Shown here one piece after another: positions 33,428 to 46,951 of a stretch of DNA of 64,000 bases (within the stretch, counting starts at the first letter, position 1; every line of letters begins with the position of its first letter). The stretch is from positions 16,182,001 through 16,246,000 of the forward strand of contig JBHGNT010000009.1 in the NCBI GenBank assembly GCA_043228905.1, read 5' to 3'. Below the pieces are notes generated by a model. It ran no database searches and was not told the origin of the DNA. It was given only the letters and a program-made list of their open reading frames with translations. The position numbers and the translations under genes are program-made. The DNA is from Azolla caroliniana. Lineage: Eukaryota; Plantae; Polypodiophyta.

Positions 33428-36400
33428 AAAACACCCTAAGAGAGCAAAGTTTTTAAAGGGGATCAATTCCCTCAGTGTGGATTGAAACTTGTATATAAAC
33501 ATTTCTATAACACCATTATATTCCTACAAGTTTACTCTTATTAATGTTGTTGGGCCATATATTCTTTAATTATAGACACCTTAATGAATATCACCTCGAT
33601 ATAATCCAAAATGAAAGTTCTCTTCTTCTTCTTCTTTTTGTGTGTGTGTGTGTGTACATATATACATAAAGGCATCATTACTTTTGCAATATATATTAGA
33701 AAACGAAAGACAAGAATCTTGATGAAACGGAAAAGTAATGCAATTCGAACCATACAATATGTTTTACTAACTTTGGATGTAGGATCTACATATAATGAAG
33801 ATATAGCTCCCAAAAAATAATCCTAGCCCTCCAAACACTTACTGTGGGAATCAACTTTACATGTATCCTTCATATCAATTTTATTTGAGAATTGGATATA
33901 CTTGTATTTTACAAAGCAAAATGTCCTCCATACTCACTAGAAGACATTACGAACATACATTTTTTTGTTTTTTTTTAATTGTTAAGGTATAAAATATTTT
34001 GTGATAAATTTGTAAGATATTTTGTGGGTTTTTACCTCAAAAGTCAGATTATCTCAAATGCTCTACATGGTCTTGTAGTGATAGTTCATTTATTTAGATG
34101 GTTGTGTGATTTGCATTTGCATCACAATATTATCTTGATTGGGTTTCTTTTTCTTTACTATTGCAATACATATCATAATTGAGGTCATTAACACATTTAC
34201 AAATCGTAGCACATGATTACGAAAAGTATAACTTACAATTATCATCATTATTTGGAAACAAGGAGTTGAGCTTGCAATAAATCTTGATTTGTCTTGTTGG
34301 AAGTCAGAACTAATCTTTGATTTTGTTACTAGTCTCTAGTTTCAATTATATATGGTAACCAAAGACCGTTAAAATTGTCAAAGAATAGTAAGTCTTTCAT
34401 TTAAACAAAAGGGGTATCTTCGGCATTAAGGTAAAGGAAAAGATGTCATATTCTTCATTAAAGTTTGACCAATGCAAAATATAGTACCTTGGCAGTTTAG
34501 CCACACATTCTAGAAAGAAAAAAGATGCACCTCAGATGCACGCGAAAGACAAAAATAACTAGAAAGGAACATTTCGATAGCTCATCAAAATTTCAAACAT
34601 CAAGGCAACAACACTAGGCCTAAAAAACTTAGATGCATACTTTCATATTTGAACCTTCAAAGATGGGAATACCAACTTTTCACATCTCTCAACTATAGTT
34701 TTCTAGAAAAGGTAGTATGGAACTATAGTCTAATACATAGCCCTTTTAACCAACATGGTTGCTTATATTCAATGTAACTTTACTAGTACTTGATTCAAAA
34801 TATTGTAGAGACTACCTATGTATCTTGGTTTATGGTAGTTGCATTATGCATAGTTTTTCCCTCTCTTATAGAAGAGTGTCACTAGGAGACCTTAAGCAGA
34901 TGACATATAAACAACAATAAAGACATAATGAGAATTGAAAAAGGCTGAAGTTTGAACCAAGATCAAGGAAGATTGAAAGCAAGCAAGATATCCTTGTCAA
35001 GTGCCCGAAACCAAGTAAGAATCTCACATAAATGCTCCTCTACTTACAAAAAAATTGGCCCTTAAGTATCTTGAAACAAAAAAATACATAAAGCTTAGCC
35101 ACAATCATAACAATATTTATTTCTATGTTGCATTTCAAATGCCACATTTAAGATAGATTATGGAACTAGATAGGTATTGTATGTCATTTAGCATCAATAA
35201 CGAATTTTGAAATTTTGTTTAAAGTTTCCTTTGTAAATATGGGGAAATGATGTTAAACTTTTTTTGATTGATGTGAGTTTTTTTTACCACCTATCGTAGA
35301 ATGATAAATATATAGTTTCTATACTGACCTTGGACAAGTGAGTTTTTCAGTTCAAACCTAGTCATTTGTGAATTAATTTGCGTAAATGGTTCACCTTTTA
35401 GGGGATGATATGCGAATCTTAAGGTTCCACAATCTCATCGATTGAAGCTAATCATTCCTTGACGAGAAAGAACACACCAATGGTGACTCTAATCCTCACA
35501 AATTTTACATAGTTCATGAAGAGAATGAGACTCGCATTGTTAATCTTGGGGGGAGGGACACTTTTTCAAAGCCCTCATGAAGAGAAAAGAAAAGACAAGT
35601 GGACCTTTTTTAAAAGTAGCAAAGAAAGAAAAGATATGTTTTCTCTCTTTGACATTTCTGAAATATAGACGTTGTAAGGAGAATTCCCTTGAAGTTAGGC
35701 AGCATAGAAAGACCTTGTTAGGTATTATATGTGCATAAGTATGGACACATTAACTAGATTTGTGATGAAATGAGGCATACACTCATGTATCTAGATTGAT
35801 TAGGAAACAATGAGCTTTCTAATCTTCCATTCTATGAAACACTATTTCCATACATTAAATAAGCTGATGTGGTAAGGTGTCAGGACATAGGGCAAATTTA
35901 GTACTGTGAATGTAATAAATGTATATTGTTAATGTACATAATAGGTTCTGCCTATATGCTCAAATGTTGTAGAAACCCAAGGCATCTGGTACTCAAATCT
36001 AGATATTATTTTCTTCCAAATTGAAAAGTGTTATTCTTGAATTCTCAAATACTATGGAAAACAAATATTTAGTAATCATCATTTGAGAAATATAGATAGC
36101 ATGTTACAATATTTCGTTGTGAAAACTAGCTTTCATGAGGTGTGGATGTGAAATTTACTTAACTCTCATAAAGTACGTTCTTTTGACTAATAAATAGCTT
36201 GGGTTGCAAGAAAGTTTCATTGAGTCATTTGTATAACATGGACCTAATGAATATAACATGATCATATGATGGTTGAATTGAAAATTTTGCTTTTTATAGG
36301 TATTAGAATGTAAATTTTGGAGATAAAGGGTGAGATCGAGAGGGTGGGTTGTTAATCAAGATGTTGAGTATTTGGGCTTGTCATTAATAGTTGTACCTAA

Positions 36401-36903
36401 TAAATGGCATGGTCTTAGTTGTTGGGCCTAAAACTTCTCACAAGTGTCAAGAAAAACTATCTATACATAGGAGAAATTATTTCTTTTATTAGAATATTAG
36501 TTATGTCGTATCCAATGTAGCATCAAAGTGTTTCAAACCAGCTTTGCAACTAACCACTAGCCACCAACTAACTATACCAATGCACACAAACATTACACAC
36601 ATATAGGGGTCAAAACATAGAATAAGAGACCTCGCTTATGCACATTTATAGCATTTCTAAGCTAATATATCTTCTTCGTTGTACACGATTTAGTCCACTC
36701 ATATCACTTGCACAACGTTCTATATCACTCCTATCACCCGGCATCCCATCTTATACATAAGGGTTGTTGAATTATTCTAGGCCTCTAATATTTTCATTTC
36801 CCTACATAAGCAATTGGCCCATTGCTCACCACACAATCTCACATAATAGAACATTTAGGAATCCAACTATGTGCGTTTTTATGCTTGATGTTGAAGCCAA
36901 CAC

Positions 36904-37189
36904 CATACTTGCAGCTCTAATAACTCACTCTTAATCCAACTTATAACATATTTCACCAATATCATTAGTTCTTGTATCACTTATACACATCCATTCTAGA
37001 ATTACCTCAACATTAATAGTCCCAACATTTCCTATATTCATTATAACATACTTGTAGCTCTAATAACTCACCCTTAATCCAACTTATAACATATTTCACC
37101 AATATCATTAGTTCTTGTATCACTTATACACATCCATTCTAGAATTACCTCAACATTAATAGTCCCAACATTTCCTATATTCGTTATAA
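36904..37189. repeat. Tandem duplication (~143 bp x2) in the PME proximal promoter
   Basis: CATACTTG..CTCTAATAACTCAC...CCCAACATTTCCTATATTC..TTATAA is repeated directly and is followed by a (CA)n tract at ~37218-37247. Confidence 0.85.
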
Positions 37190-37215
37190 GGGCATCTTGA
37201 AATATTTTGGCAAAT

Positions 37216-37250
<35 letters not shown>

Positions 37251-37356
37251 GTACATATTTGTATAGGTATATATATCAAAAGACCATTTCAATATTAGCC
37301 ATAGAATTCCTAATTACAAAACTCTAGTTGTGAGTTTAGTTTTTATAACATCCACA

Positions 37357-38205
37357 ATGCAACATACTATTATTATGTTGGGATTGATGTCAAGGTATGA
37401 TGTATGGATAATGTTAATATTGATAATGATGATGATAAGTAGTATTGGATCAGGGAGAATGGTTCGTCAAGATAATGAAGTCACTAGTGGAGTGGACGGG
37501 TCATCATTAAATGTGGTGATGGTGTATTTTTCCGGGCAAGTAGTTAGACACTTCAATAGTATTCAAGATGCAGTGGACTCTATTCCTGATGGCAACACCA
37601 CACCAACAATCCTCACCCTCCATGCAGGCACATACAAGTAAGAACTCGATCTCTCTTGGAAACATTGTAATGTGTGAGCACACACAAATTATTCTCTCAT
37701 TGTTAATGTGTGTATAGGGATGTAGATATGTATATGTGTATGTATATGTATGTATGTATGTTAAAAAGTGTTGGAAAGTACATATGTATTTGTTTTCACC
37801 TCATGTGTTTCGTGAGAGTTAAAAGCCACCTTTTGCTTTTTCACTTTCATAAAATCCATTTAGTTTAGTATGATTCATAAAACTTCCTCGAACCTCCTAT
37901 GGTAACTTTGTTTTGCTTTTGCATTATTTTGCATCAGGTTATGGAAACGATGCATGTAATTAAATTATGAGGCTTTTGGGCCAGAACTTTAACAATGTGA
38001 GTGAATTCTCAAGGGAGTAGGATTCCAATAACGTCAACTCCATTGATATAAGAAACTATGATTTTTGGGATCATATTGTAGTATACTTTACAAACATCAT
38101 CGTGTTATTTTGCTAGGTCTATGATCATCAATTATATTCACTTATATGTTCACAGTCCCTTGTGATTATGAGTATCAAGAGAGACCACATCCATCTTCCT
38201 AATTA

Positions 38206-38271
<66 letters not shown>

Positions 38272-41200
38272 TGCTCAAAGAGACTATGGGACGCGGACCC
38301 ATGTCAAGAACTGAATTTGGATTTTGTCTTGAGTTTTATGACTTTTGATGTTATCTTGTAAACCACCAAGCCAACAACAAGAAAAAATTGGACACTATGA
38401 GCTATACAATTTTAGTTATTGTCATGTGTGGTGGTAATTATGTGGTAGTTGTAATCTTGTTCATTTTATCATTGAATGAATGTATTGAGAAATCCAATCA
38501 TAGGATCACGTACTAGGATAATTTACACAAATTTCATCATGCTCAACAAATTCACCCGATGAAAGGAGGTATCATGGATTCACATTCATTCTTTGATATA
38601 TTATATAACATATATTTATCATTTGCTTTTATGACTTGTGTGGTTGATTTCTACAAGTTATGCATTTTGTTATAACATATTGTGTCATTGTGAACATATA
38701 TATGCTTTCGTTTATGACTTCCTACAAGTATTTCACTTCATGCACCTATAATGTTCATGTGAAAACTGATATGCATGTTAATGTAATATCTAGAACGAGA
38801 ATACACAATCTACATGTGTAAGAAAATGTTATGCTAACACATGAAATGAAATCAAAACTAGTTTGTTTTACTAAATATTGGAACTCTTTTGAGTAATGGC
38901 ACTACAAGGTTACACTAAACTTTACTAGAAAGTTCATTCTAAAAACCAAGGAATTCAAGTCTTAAAAAAATGCTTTCCAATGTCAATGAAAAGACTTGTA
39001 AACAAGATCTTCATCCATATCTTAGAAAACGTATCAAGTTTCAACCTATGTATATTGGTTCATGGAAATATAGTTTTATGTAGAGAAACACCATGTGCTA
39101 GTTCACCATGCATATGGTTTCAATGAACCCATAGATGGATGTTTCCACTCTAAACGCAACATGTCTTTATTTTGTTGTTACTTTTGGTAGTTTAAGTGAG
39201 GAAGCTTAATTATCTTCAATATACCTACAATAAACAATTGAATTTTCTCATGGAAGTATGTTTGTAATAGTAGCTTAATTGTGTAGTATCAAGTTTCAAT
39301 GATGGAGAGATAAAAGGCTAGCCACGCAAAATTTGTATATCAATTCACTGAATTGGTATATATTTATCCAAACTAACTCCAGGACATTAGAATGGAACCT
39401 TGATACATTCAAGAAAAGTAATATGTATCATGAACCATTACGTTTCCACTAGCAATTATCATTAAGCTTTATAAAAAACTATACATGAAGTGAAGAAAAA
39501 ATGGAATAATGTTAGGTATACCTTTGATATAGTCCTTAATTAGAGAAGTCCATGAAATGATCGCAAATTTCTAAAAGGTGCCTCAATACTAAATAGGTTT
39601 GTCAAGGTTCAAACTTGAATGTTACGTGGAACATGATTTCCAATCTCACTTGTTGTAACATTCATGAAATAACCAAAAACAAAAGTTTAAATTTAACTTT
39701 CTACAAATCAATGCTAATGCTCATTTTTATATTTATGCAATATGATCGATGATGTATTCTCTAATTGCATTCTTGGTTTCATGGAGTGTTTCTAACAAGT
39801 TGACATATATGTGCAGTGAAAGGGTTGTGATCCCTGCAACAAAACCCTACATAACACTCCGAGGGGCTGGGATGAACCTAACATTTGTGCAATGGCACTT
39901 GAAGGCTAGTGATATAGGGCCCGATGGTCAAGCACTCACTTCCTACAACACTGCATCTATCAGTGTCTTTGCTTCTCACTTCATTGCTCAAGACATCACC
40001 TTCATGGTATAAATTCATCCTAATGACAAACTTTGGGTAATTTGATTGAACATTATTATGCATAATATTTAATAGGATTGTTTTGTGCTCAAAAAGTACA
40101 ATGAAGATTAATTTATCATTAATCACACGTGAACGTAAATATAGCCTTGAAATAACATGGTTCTAAATCGATACAAACTTGAATGTATATGTTGGTTGTT
40201 AAGGTAAAAAGAACATGATATATACAAGATAAAAGTTGAAGAACACACATTTCTTATGGGTCCAACCTCTCATTCACACTAAATATGAGGCAAATTGCAT
40301 GACACCAATTAGAGAAACTTGTCTTGTTAAATTGTTTATTCACAATCCTTACTATCATCATCCTCCATTTCTCAAACTCTTTGTTGGTGAAACATTGAAG
40401 AAATCTACATTCAACATTATGAACAAAACATTTTCCTTGTACAAAAAGGTGGAAGGCTTGTGAGGGTTGTCAAATCATTAGTTTCTTGAACCAATGCATG
40501 TGTCATTGTGGTAATCTCTCACTTCATTGCTTGAGATATTTACTTCAAGGTATGAGTTGGTCCTAATGGAAATTTATGGAATAGTTATTTTGCTCTAATT
40601 AGAAAGTTCGATGAAGGTTAAATAGGCATTATTTCAAATCTTGGATGGCAAAATTTATGAACTACGAAATTTTTGCTGCCCATACAATCTCTTCTTTAAT
40701 ATATTTCTTAGAGCTGCAATCTCTCTTTACACATAACCCATATTATAAATTGTGCGATATGAATCTATTACCCACTAGAGGATGACTCTTTTATCAACAT
40801 ATTTATTTAGCATTTCTCATATCTCATATATTCTATTCCATTATTTCTTAGGTTTAAGATTGTGGCACAAAGAACGAAAATATTTACAAAGGTTGTAGGC
40901 TAGATATAGTGATAGAAAGAGAAAACAAAAGCATTCAAACAAGTTTAATTGATCTAATTAACTAGGAAATCGAACAAGTCCAAAATAAGATATTAATATT
41001 TCTAATGTTGTCCTTTTTTTAAAAGTACACGAAGTTTATGTTTCTGGCAACCTACTTGTGACAATTCTCTTGTCCTAATAAGCAATTACTTATCGTCCTT
41101 CGAGATAGCTCCATTTTCTTGGGTACCTTCAATCTCTGATCCACAATAGCAATATGGATTGTCTTGTCCTTCACACATACTAAATTGATCACTCTGTAGG

Positions 41201-42624
41201 GTAGAATGGAACATTGATGTGTTCTAAATTAAAGTTTTGACTTAAAACATGATTTTGTTTTCTAATATTCGTAGTTGAAAGATTAGCATCAATCATTTCA
41301 ATAAACTGTCACAAATAGCCTATTTGTTGTCACTAAACTTGAATTCACATCAATAACATATTTGTCTTGTCCTAGCATCATACAGTGTATAACTTGATTA
41401 ATCATATAAGATTACGTGGGTAGGCTTGTGACACTAACATTGAATCACGTTGTGTTATTAAGTTTCACGAATTAGATGCTACAAAACAAATTCCAATATT
41501 TCTACGTAAATAATGAGATTGTTCTTGTTAGCTTACATTGTATTACAATCTACCAAAATTTGATATGATAACTAATTCCTAAATCCATTTCAATCACGGT
41601 TCATGACAAATATTCATCAGTTGCGCACTGAAAATATATTACAATTTTAATCTAAGATAAATTAAGAACCTTATTTGGAGTATCTCCTAGAGTTGCAATT
41701 TCATTTAGATAATACTAGGCAAAAGAAGACCAATTTAACAAAACTAGACCTTTTGTGCAAAAGCAATATGTGACACATTGACTCATTTTTGCAAACATAG
41801 TGATCAATAAACTATTTGAAAGCATATGGAGAAGAAAGAGCTATCAATGTTTACATTATAATGTTGATTGATCGAAATGAGAACTTATTTGTTTTATTGG
41901 TTCAAATGGTGTTTTAAAACTCAAAAACAATTAGAGCACTAATACATTTGTGTGCATGCGAAACAATAGAACACAATACCACCACCACCTCCAGGAATCG
42001 ATGGATTTCAAGCAGCTGCATTCAGGATCTCAGGTGATATGGCCGCCTTTTACCGTTGTGGATTCTTCGGTGCCCAAGACACCTTATGTGATGACCACGG
42101 TCGTCATTACTTTGAGGATTGCTTCATCCAAGGTTCCATTGACTTCATTTTCGGAGATGCTCGCTCATTCTACAATGTAAGCATTCTAACATGATGTCCT
42201 TGTCTAGATAGGTAATGCTAACATGACTACTTTGTAATTCCATGTAATCTTGTTTAGGATATCAACAAAACTAGATTAGGTTTGACAATGAACTAACTAG
42301 AGAAATTTAGTGGGTTACTATTTAAATGTCTTGAATTCTAAAAAGTAATGAAGAATTAATGTGAAGGGCAATATAACTTGGTGGTATAGAGATGTGAATT
42401 GAGATCAATCGCGGAGGGGTACGGAGCAGTGGCAGCACAAGACCGGCAAAGTATGAAAGAGAACACGGGGTTTGTGTTTATGAATTGCATTGTAAGAGGG
42501 AAGGGCCCCATCTACTTGGGACGTGCCATGGGACCTTTCTCTCGCATAATCTATGCTTTCTCAGAGCTCCATGACATTATTGATCCACGTGGGTGGGATG
42601 ATTGGGACCATGACACCACAAAGG

Positions 42625-42660
<36 letters not shown>

Positions 42661-43293
42661 TTGGTGGTCTATATTGTAACTTGTGCTCTACCCATATTTT
42701 TGTTCCATGCTTACCATGGATCTGGAACTTGTCTCATAGATCACAATTAGTCTCCAACGCATATTAAAAGATATCTATATATTGATCTCTAGTTGTTATC
42801 TTGTCCCTCCCTTGGTGAAGAATTGAACTTGTGAGTTTGCTGGCCTCCATATTAAGGAGAACACTCATCATTTATAGCATGGAGGGCCATTGTATGTAAT
42901 CTATCTATTCCCAAAGCTTTCACACCCCGACGTTAGAAGAGACATGAAAAATGTCCTTTGTTAGTCCGATGTTCCTTCAAAGGCAACTTTTGGACTCAAA
43001 TTTAGGTCAGGCAAAAATAGACTTTGTCATCCTTCTTGTTTTGTATATCCTATCCATGAATAACTTCTACCTTGTTTCATTCATTTTCTTGCACTAATCC
43101 TCGAGATAAACATTTTGAGGTGTTCCTCATATGACGTTATTAAATGTCTAGGACCGTTTATTATGGGCAATACAAGTGCTATGGACCAGGTGCTAATGAA
43201 TCGCAACGAGTGAATTGGTCTCGTGAGTTATCAGATGAAGAGGCTCAACCTTACATAACAACAAAGTTCATTGATGCAAGTACATGGTTATGA
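37357..43293 (+). CDS. PME: Pectin methylesterase (pectinesterase), type II with no PMEI pro-domain, ~352 aa, 5 exons
   Basis: Exons 37357-37637, 39817-40006, 41970-42176, 42390-42628 and 43152-43293; all introns are GT-AG and the frame is continuous. It has an N-terminal hydrophobic signal and the motifs [46 protein letters not shown] and YKCYGPGA. The start codon is uncertain because several in-frame Mets are present. Confidence 0.95.
38209..38264. repeat. (GA)n microsatellite in PME intron 1
   Basis: Perfect GA tract. Similar tracts lie at ~42630-42658, 44138-44172 and 57992-58020. Confidence 0.95.
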
Positions 43294-44135
43294 CAATAAG
43301 CCAAAATATGAGAAAACTGAACTCGAGAACAAAAGGTTGGTAATGTTGTGTGTTAATACAAGGGTTGGAAATGGTCAAAAATAGAAGAAACCAATCTCCT
43401 TCTTGTTAATGGTGTAATAAAATAAGTTGGTTATTAAATTTGCAGTTGTAAAACAATTCATACTACTCAAATTTAAAGCGTTTTATTGGTATCTTACAAC
43501 AAAGCTTGTCTTTCTCCCCCAACAAGAGACGTAATATTATGTATCTTTTAAAATCCTTAAAGAAAGTTGCATGTTTAATGATACAAGGGAAATTGTAGAC
43601 AATTGGCATGGAAGATAATAAGTTGCATCAAAATTAAGAAAGGTGATGGTTTCTAAATAGTGAAACACTAAGGACTATTTATCGCCAAATTCAAAGGTTA
43701 TGAAATATCCGAACTATTGTGTGACCATGGTTCATCTAAAGGTTTGATATAAGTTTATAATAGTATCGCAAATTAAAACTATTACTCACAAAAAGTAAGC
43801 TAAGTATTGTGAATTTTTGACACATTAGCTCAATTTTTATACTTTCAAGAGTTTCATTACCCTTTCAAATTAGGTGTCTATGTTTTACCAACTAATAAAT
43901 ACATTGGTACATGGAGAAATTATTGAGTAACTTCCCATATTCTTCTCTTTCTTTGAATAAGTCTTTTGTACTCATGCAAATGCTTTTGATAAAAAATTCA
44001 AATCCTCGACTACATCCAAAATCATAAGGCACTTTCGAGCATCATGACATTCTTTATCAAACCATTTTTTCTTTGAACTACATTTCTTGGTGCATTTCCA
44101 AGATGTGTTCTTAGTTGAAAAACTTTTGTTTCTGC

Positions 44136-44175
<40 letters not shown>

Positions 44176-44700
44176 ATTATCGTTCTCAAAGGCCAAATAT
44201 GACCTATGAAACCAAAGTGGTACATCTTTTCATGTGTATTTGACGTTTATGTTGAGGAATTTTACAATTCAAATTGTAGGTTTTGTCTAACAAAGGATTA
44301 TGTAGGGATAGGCCAAAGTGGAAAATTTGGGAAACGTGTTCAAATGAAATCAAAGGTTGCACATTCCATTAGTATACCCAAGACTTGAAAACTTGTTTGG
44401 GAAATAACATGCATATTTAATGAGTCTCCTCACACATGCCCCTAGATGGAAGAGAATGCAAGCTAAGCCATGTGAACGTAATGGCGCAAATTCTTGACAA
44501 TTGTATGGGCACTCACATGAATGGGTTAGTGACATTTGCATGCTCCAAGAAGAAGATGGTTTTGTAGTTTGGTACAACATGTGACAAAAAACATGATGAT
44601 ATATGAGAGATAAAAAGAGTTTATCCCAAGTTATACAACACAAATAGGGACAAAGTGGATTTCTGTAAGAAAAGATATCATTGCATAACACTCTTAGGTT

Positions 44701-46951
44701 TTCAATGGGTCCTTAATGGAATGGCTATTAAATATTTGGGCTTTTTGGTGGGAGTTGAGATTTAGAAAAATCACTAGCTTGAGCAAGTGAAAGACAAAAT
44801 CAGAAAAAAGCTTTGGTTATATGCATCAATAAAGCTTTCCCTTGTAGGTAGTAGAGTGGTTGTGGTAAACCACATTTTGTTGGCCACCATGTGGCACTCG
44901 TTGGCATGTTGGATGTTAGACAAAAATTGCATCAAAAACATTAAGGCAATGGTGAGACAATGTCAACTAAAGTGGTCTGGAGTTGTTTGATCAAGACGAA
45001 AAATCAGGGTGGACTTGGGCTGGTGGATCCGGTTCACCAAAGTAAGGCTTTACTCGGTAAGCTCCTGGTGCAAAGTCTCCAACCTGGACTAGAATTGTTG
45101 ACGTTGCTTCTTACGGACAGAGTTGAACTCTAGTGTCTGAGGAATGGTGGCCCTTGGAAGGCAAAAAAGTGGTGGTTGTTCAGTCCAAGACTAAAGTTAA
45201 AAGAACCGACTAGCATGGAGGATAGGGTGGCCCGCACCATAATGAGGACCTGGTCAATTTTAAGAGAGGGTCTAGTCTTAATGCACGCAAAAATGATGGA
45301 GGAACAACTCTGACAACCATTGTTTTTGGAACCCCAAGATTAGAAATGATGACAATATGATGCTTGGGCAGAAAAAGTACTTGCCATGGGGGCAAATGTT
45401 AGGGTACAATGTTAGTTCAGTAAGAGACTAGAAGGTTTTCAAAAGGAAGAGAAGGGGGGGTTTGGTTGGTAGTACTAGGCTTACTAGCAAGCTGGAAAAG
45501 GTGACCTGTTTGATAGATAAGGTCGTTGATGGTCTAGCTAGGCTGAATGAAGAAGAGGGGGTCTGGTTGGTAGTACTAAGTTTACTAGCAGGCTGGAAAA
45601 GGTGACCCATTTGATAGATAAGGTTGTTGATGGTCTAACTAGGCTGAATGAAGAAGAGGGGGTCTGGTTTGGGTGGTTTGTAGATGAGGGTGATGCACAA
45701 ATTATCCGTTGCAAGTGCTCATCTAATGAGTATCATTTGTGGGGCAACCTAAGTGCTTTGTCAGACAATGACTAGTGGTTGGCAGTGTTGGAAGGTAAGA
45801 AGTGGCAAGTAAACCCGGACCCAGGGAAGCTGGAAACTGATTGTAAACTTTGGATAGTTGACAACAAGCACGTATGTGATTTGGATAGGGATCACTAGAG
45901 GTGTGGTGGAAAAATCGGGAACGGATAGATTGGAAAGGCTTTTTGAGTACAATACTAAGCTAGGAAGGCAAATCATTGGCTCCAAATCAATGGGTGTTGC
46001 TCTAACTCGCAATAGTTGGAGAGATAAAGGCATATCTAATGACTTGTTGAAGTTGTTTTGGAGGAGGCTATGGCCGTTCGATATGCAAGAAAAAATAAAT
46101 CTTTAGTTGTGGCTTCTTAGTCATAAAGTGGTATCGGTGGGGGAGTGACTGAGGTGTCGTGGTGGTGAGGTTGGTTGCAAGATATGTGGACACCCTTTGG
46201 AATCAATCCCTCATTGTGTTTGGAATTGTGGAGAGGCTATTAGCATTTGGGGTAGAAGTCTCAGGATAGTGGCAACATGCAATGTGAATGGGAGACTTGT
46301 ATGGGGGTCCTTACAGGGGCTGAAGTTAACAGGGGAACGCTGCACTGAATAGTTCAATCCCCACGGTCATGGATTTATAGTGCAGGGTGGCAAGGCGTTT
46401 CAACATGTTGGAGTTCGACCTGGCACTAACTCATAATTTTTTGAAGAGATATGGATGATGGTGGCTTGTTTATCAGTCTGGCACATTTGGACCAGGCGTT
46501 GTAAGTTTGTTTTTCAATAGCAAAAGCTCCCAAGTGGTGAGGTGTTGTTAAATATCTGGTTTGAGTTGGTATCTTGGCTGCGGGGATGGTATGAGTTGAT
46601 TCAAAGGGAATCTGATGCAGCTGAAAGAGCTCGGTCAAAGTTCCTGCTGAAATGGGGTAGTTCTCCTATGGTGGGCAGATCATCATAAGGGCCTGAATGG
46701 AACTACCAACCCCAATGGTTGTTTCCGCCAATGGCTTCGATTAGTGACCAGGTGTTGTAAATATGTATAGATATGGTACAAGTTAATTGCTAGGTTATAT
46801 GAGTTGTTGGGATACTTTTGTTGAAAATGAGGTGGGGACTATGACCACTTTGGTGAGAAGGCCAGAGTGAGGGTTGCTGAAATTTTAGTGGTCTATGATG
46901 CACTTTGTTTGCTAACTAATGCGAAGTAGTGTTTTTTTTGGTAAAAAAAAA
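44701..46951 (+). mobile_element. 5'-truncated L1-like LINE, decayed
   Basis: 14-bp TSD AACACTCTTAGGTT (44687-44700 and 46952-46965) and an A tail. ORF2 C-terminal remnants include LSLVGSRVVVVNHILLA, GGLGLVD and a zf-RVT-like FWRRLW ... CKICGHPLESIPHCVWNC. There is an internal ~102-bp tandem duplication at ~45461-45670. Confidence 0.9.

Noticed and set aside
34300-36250. Possible ancient LINE RT remnant on the minus strand (RQG-like trace near 34990)
   Set aside because: Too degraded to support by eye, with no TSD or continuous frame.
36420-37170. Possible solo LTR (TGTTGGGCCT ... AGTCCCAACA)
   Set aside because: No matching TSD at either candidate end and no second copy in the window.
43972-44196. 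ORF with KKWFDKECHDARK, reminiscent of a LINE ORF2 linker
   Set aside because: A single short motif next to a microsatellite; not enough to annotate.
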